Below are positions 31,827 to 37,084 of a stretch of 37,084 bases of DNA, piece after piece; within the stretch, counting starts at the first letter, position 1, and every line of letters begins with the position of its first letter. The DNA is from Octopus bimaculoides (Eukaryota). The notes beneath the pieces are model-generated. The model searched no databases, was not told the origin of the DNA, and worked only from the letters and a program-made list of their open reading frames with translations. The stretch covers positions 1,474,661 through 1,511,744 of the forward strand of contig NC_068990.1 of NCBI RefSeq assembly GCF_001194135.2, written 5' to 3'. Position numbers and translations under genes: made by a program.

Positions 31827-32214
31827 CACTCGACAGATTGGCTTAGAGTCACTGACAGGCGCACTCGACAGATTGGCTTAGAGTCACTGACAGGCACACT
31901 CGACAGATTGGCTTAGAGTCACTGACAGGCACACTCGACAGATTGGCTTAGAGTCACTGACAGGCACACTCCNNNNNNNNNNNNNNNNNNNNNNNNNNNN
32001 NNNNNNNNNNNNNNNNNNNNNNNNNNNNNNNNNNNNNNNNNNNNNNNNNNNNNNNNNNNNNNNNNNNNNNNNNNNNNNNNNNNNNNNNNNNNNNNNNNNN
32101 NNNGCACTCGACAGATTGGCTTAGAGTCACTGACAGGCACACTCGACAGATTGGCTTAGAGTCACTGACAGGCACACTCGACAGATTGGCTTAGAGTCAC
32201 TGACAGGCACACTC
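31827..32214. repeat. 35-bp minisatellite (CACTCGACAGATTGGCTTAGAGTCACTGACAGGCA)n
   Basis: At least 7 visible, nearly identical units on either side of the gap at 31973-32103. Confidence 0.98.
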
Positions 32215-32932
32215 CAGTCGCTGGCTCACGGCTGTGCTGCCTCCTCTCCTTGCCTTTTCTACCACAGTTTCATGGTTGCTGCTCATCAGTGATGGTTGGG
32301 CTCATTTCACCACCACTCTGTCGTTCCTATCCTGTTTGTCTCTTTTCTTTCCATCACACTTGTTTGTGCCCATCCTCACTCCCAGAGCCACTCTCATTGC
32401 CAAACTCAGTTTGTCCTTCCAGAACATCATATGTCTGGAATTCCCTTTTGGCTCATGTTTCTCCTGCAGGTGTTGCCTCACAAAAAAGGTTCATTAACGC
32501 CATCAACTCCCCCCACGCCTGTTCTAGGCGGGTCCACAAAGACCAAGGGCTATGACTCTTTTTTTAGACTTAGGAAGTAAAAATTAATTACAACTTCAAT
32601 TCTAAATGTTCTTAATTCGTCTTCAAGGTTTAAGTTGCTTTCTTTTGAAAATCTGTTCTTAACTAGTATTCTGAGTTAAACTGATATCTAAAAGAGAAAC
32701 ATCAAATACTTTGTGCAGAGTGCTTTCCACCAGAATAAGATCGCATCCTGTGCTTAACCTATTAAAAACATCCTCCCCTCTCAACTCACCAATAACTCTT
32801 ACATTTTGCAATATAATAATGGGATTTCTGTACAGTTGCTCAACTAACTAGAAATACCAGCTAACCCTCTCTCTTAAATGACACCCTTGTTTTGAAGTGA
32901 AAAATACATACATGGGACGATGTAGCTTCTGA

Positions 32933-33334
32933 TTCTTTTGTTCTTTTATTTGTTTCATTCATTTCACAGCAGCCATGCTGGAGCACTGCTTTTAGTTGAT
33001 CAAATTGACCCCAGGACTTATTCTTTGTAAGCTTAGTAGGTATCCTATCGGTCTCTTTTGCCCTAACTGCTAAGTTACGGGGACGCAAACACATGAACAT
33101 TGCTTGTCAAGGAATGGAAGGGGGCCAAACACACACACAAACATATACATATACATATTTATATATATATATAAACAACGGGCTTCTTTCAGTTTTCATT
33201 TACCACATCCACTCACAAGGCTTTGGTCAGCCCGAAGCTATAGTAGAAGACACTTGCCCAAGATGCCAGACAGTGGGGCTGAAACCGGAACCATGTGATT
33301 GGTAAGCAAGCTACTTACCACACACCCACTCCTA
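32933..33334 (-). mobile_element. Composite element: SINE 'A' + microsatellite + repeat 'D'
   Basis: Colinear with 17992-18412. Confidence 0.75.
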
Positions 33335-33758
33335 TGATATACAATCTTTTTCAATAAAATGTGCAATATANNNNNNNNNNNNNNNNNNNNNNNNNNNNNN
33401 NNNNNNNNNNNNNNNNNNNNNNNNNNNNNNNNNNNNNNNNNNNNNNNNNNNNNNNNNNNNNNNNNNNNNNNNNNNNNNNNNNNNNNNNNNNNNNNNNNNN
33501 NNNNNNNNNNNNNNNNNNNNNNNNNNNNNNNNNNNNNNNNNNNNNNNNNNNNNNNNNNNNNNNNNNNNNNNNNNNNNNNNNNNNNNNNNNNNNNNNNNNN
33601 NNNNNNNNNNNNNNNNNNNNNNNNNNNNNNNNNNNNNNNNNNNNNNNNNNNNNNNNNNNNNNNNNNNNNNNNNNNNNNNNNNNNNNNNNNNNNNNNNNNN
33701 NNNNNNNNNNNNNNNNNNNNNNNNNNNNNNNNNNNNNNNNNNNNNNNNNNNNNNNNNN

Positions 33759-33823
<65 letters not shown>

Positions 33824-35228
33824 CTAAAAATACAGATGAGTGGACAAATAAATGAAAGTGGCACTGTGCATTCAGTAACATTTACATACTTATTTGATAA
33901 AAGTATATGTGTGTGTGAGTGTGTGTATGTGTATGTGTGTAAATGTGTGTACAGTGTGTATGTATGTGTACATATATACACACACACATATATATATATG
34001 TATGTATGTATGTATGCATGTATTGTATGCATGTATGCATGTATGTATCTATTTATGTAAGTATGTGTGTATATGTGTTTAATATAATATTATAAATTAA
34101 GAAACATGTTCAGTCAAGCAAAGTTACTAGACTGTTTCTTGTGAAATCATGCTTCTCTGGGCAGAAAATACAATTAAATATTCATCAAACATACTGATAA
34201 CGAAATATAGCCAGGGTTTTTCTTCTACTGAAGGTGCAAATATAGCAAAAGTTTTTAAAAATTCTAAAAAAAATAATCTGGTCATGCCAAAGTTCATTGA
34301 TACAAACAAACTGTTTTGTTTCAGCAAAACTGGAATCAAAAATTGGTGACATGATGCTGGAAACTTTTACAGTTGCTATTTTTATTTAGTCTAAGAATAA
34401 TTTATCAGTTTTTAATTGTGGTTCTTGATGAGGCCAAGTAGTTTGCTTTGCCATTTGCTGAAGCCAAGCAGCATAACCTGATGTTAATATCTGCAACACC
34501 AGTGCAAAAATGTCTGGCTATATTGCATTGGTCAACAAGGTCTGATGATTGCCTAATCATATTTTCCACTTAGGGAAGCGTGATTTCATAAAACTACTCT
34601 TTAACTTTTTGCTTGTCGGAATATGGTTCTTAATTTATATTACTGCAATAAAATTTACCCTGTTTATTATTTTATACTGAGTCTGCTCGTTTTTCTGACC
34701 TATAAACTCACCTTGNNNNNNNNNNNNNNNNNNNNNNNNNNNNNNNNNNNNNNNNNNNNNNNNNNNNNNNNNNNNNNNNNNNNNNNNNNNNNNNNNNNNN
34801 NNNNNNNNNNNNNNNNNNNNNNNNNNNNNNNNNNNNNNNNNNNNNNNNNNNNNNNNNNNNNNNNNNNNNNNNNNNNNNNNNNNNNNNNNNNNNNNNNNNN
34901 NNNNNNNNNNNNNNNNNNNNNNNNNNNNNNNNNNNNNNNNNNNNNNNNNNNNNNNNNNNNNNNNNNNNNNNNNNNNNNNNNNNNNNNNNNNNNNNNNNNN
35001 NNNNNNNNNNNNNNNNNNNNNNNNNNNNNNNNNNNNNNNNNNNNNNNNNNNNNNNNNNNNNNNNNNNNNNNNNNNNNNNNNNNNNNNNNNNNNNNNNNNN
35101 NNNNNNNNNNNNNNNNNNNNNNNNNNNNNNNNNNNNNNNNNNNNNNNNNNNNNNNNNNNNNNNNNNNNNNNNNNNNNNNNNNNNNCCATAAACAGCACAT
35201 ATCCTGAAAATAAAAACAACATAAAATG

Positions 35229-36107
35229 CCTGATCTGCAAAGAAATGTGCCATCTAGTGTTGACCTGATGTAAGCCAACACCCTTTAAGTTGGCCAATTC
35301 TGGATGTTTTTCACCAGTTGCCTCCTTTGATTGGTCTAATTGAGAACAATAATAGTCTGAATTTAACGTCTGATTTTGTGGAAGTAGCTTGTAATACACA
35401 ATGCCCGTTCAATCCCACCACATATAGAGCATCACCTTCTTCAGATACAGACCAGCTGAAGGTGGTTCATCTCGTTTTCCCCAGGAAAATTTTTGTGTTA
35501 TGTTTTAGATAATCCATTTCTCATTACACATGATCATTCTTTTCAAAAATGAATAATTTTTGTTTTTCCTGAGCAGAGAATTGCAGGTGAAAATGCACTC
35601 TATTAATTTTTTTTTTGGTTAAGTCATGAGGTACCCAAACATCATAGTGATTCACGTAACCAAGTGTTTTTGAATGCCTAATAAGGCTCACATGAGAAAC
35701 ATGGAAAATCTCTGTGATGTCTTGCTTTGTGTGACATGGATTATTTTTTATTTAAGTCCTGATTTGTTCATGATCTTCCAGTTGAAAATTTTTGTTTCTA
35801 AACCTAGAAAGCCATTTATGAACAGTACTTTCAGCTATAACACCGTCTCCATAAACAGCACATATCCTGAAAATAAAAACAACATAAAATGATGAAAACG
35901 TATTTCATATTCCTTCATTTTCAGTTTTATTGTAAGAACAGTAGAAATAAATAATCCACACAAAATTCCATTCGAAAGATGTGGCGTTGAGGTCTCCTCA
36001 TTCAGAAAATATGTGTGTGTCATATGTTTCTGTCATGTGATAAAGCAAATCACATGATTAAACATCACCAAATGAAAATTGCTCGGAACCTTTTTACCAA
36101 TCCAATA
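35229..36107 (-). mobile_element. Decayed mariner, 5' two-thirds with 5' TIR
   Basis: Minus strand MKEYEIRFHHFMLFLF, ICAVYGDGVIAESTVHKW, WVPHDL, MWWD, YYKLLPQNQTLNSDYYCSQLD; TIR-like TATTGGATTGGTAAAAAGGTTCCGAGC ends at 36107. Confidence 0.85.
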
Positions 36108-36124
36108 TGTGTGTGTGTGCATGC

Positions 36125-36159
<35 letters not shown>

Positions 36160-36165
<6 letters not shown>

Positions 36166-36307
36166 CAGGAAGTAAATTATATAGCCAGACATAGAGTGAC
36201 TAATGGCTTCATTATATGCCCATGGAATTTGACAGGTTGTCTATAAGGCTAAGTGCTTAATGCCAGTGAAACCATTGGACAGCCATATAATTTACTTCCT
36301 GTAAATA
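36160..36307. mobile_element. 148-bp MITE with perfect 23-bp terminal inverted repeats (including the TA)
   Basis: TATTTACAGGAAGTAAATTATAT at 36160-36182 and its reverse complement at 36285-36307. Confidence 0.85.
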
Positions 36308-36379
36308 CATTACTGCTCTGACTTTTAGAATGTACTTCTTTTTCGAATATACAATTCACTGACAACACATATATGTATA

Positions 36380-37084
36380 CAGGGGGCAATGGGTAAATTG
36401 TCGCCATTTTATAATTTTAATTTCGTGCATGTGCATTGTTTGTTTTTGATCTTGTCAACTACACAGTATAGTAGGGTCAGTTGGGCACTGTTTGTCATAA
36501 AAGCAACACCATGAAGCAATTTACGCTGCCAGAAATTTGGATATGACATGCTGTAGTGCTTGGCATTTGTGCTGTAAGTTCCAATATAAACAGATGGTGA
36601 ACATGCAGAACAACCGTTGGCTTGCCGTGTCCCCAATACATGTACTGTGAGGGATAAATATGATGTTTGGAGTGATCACAAGTGATAGTGACATCATGCC
36701 TCCATTCATCTTCCCACACGGCCTCAAACTCAGCATGGAGGCCTACATCAAGTGCCTGGAGGAGGTAGTGCTGCCCTGGGTCAAGAGGGTGGCTGCTGCA
36801 AAACCTTATGTCTGGCAACAGGACTCTGCACTATGCAATACAAGCATGAGAACCCAGTCATGGCTGTCAATCAATTTCAGTAACCACATCACTTCTAACA
36901 TATGGCTACCTAACTCCCCAGACTGCAACCCTCTTGGTTATTATGCGTGGAGCACAGTTGAGCAAGAGACCAACAAAACTCCTTGTAACACCAAAGATGA
37001 ACTGAAGGCAAGGAGTATGGCAGCATTCACCAACTTAAATAAGGAAACTGTCCAAAATAGTTGCAGATTTTGAAGTCATCTGGA
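36380..37084 (+). mobile_element. Internally deleted DD37D (maT-type) element, copy 2
   Basis: TA|CAGGGGGCAATGGGTAAATTG start; WQQDSALCNT...SPDCNPLGYY gives 37 residues between catalytic positions, with the last D mutated to G; runs off the window end. Confidence 0.9.

Noticed and set aside
31827-32214. CRISPR-like array
   Set aside because: Units are contiguous with no spacers, there are no cas genes, and the context is eukaryotic.

Overview
AT-rich, microsatellite-saturated eukaryotic DNA from a draft assembly with 10 N-gaps. The SINE, RTE and mariner content matches what I recognise from Octopus (coleoid cephalopod); the taxon is an inference, not a database result. No intact known protein-coding gene can be called. 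The window is mostly layered transposon debris: several tRNA-derived SINE families, a frame-intact but nonsense-killed DD34D mariner (24623-25651), a second decayed mariner (35229-36107), two copies of an internally deleted DD37D maT/Tc1-mariner element, a ~1.9 kb non-autonomous Helitron, RTE and L1/Tx1-like LINE 3' fragments, hAT and TA-flanked MITEs, and a 35-bp minisatellite. Features not explained by those families: three long inverted-repeat structures (13011-13289, 13369-13739, 27725-28768), a 22-32 bp motif conserved in three local copies upstream of possible microexons (2815-5075), and scattered candidate exons or microexons on both strands suggesting the window may be intronic. All exon calls are hypotheses from splice signals only, and several could be chance in 37 kb of AT-rich DNA. 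Most repeat boundaries are approximate. Nearly all ORFs in the supplied track are microsatellite or gap artefacts.
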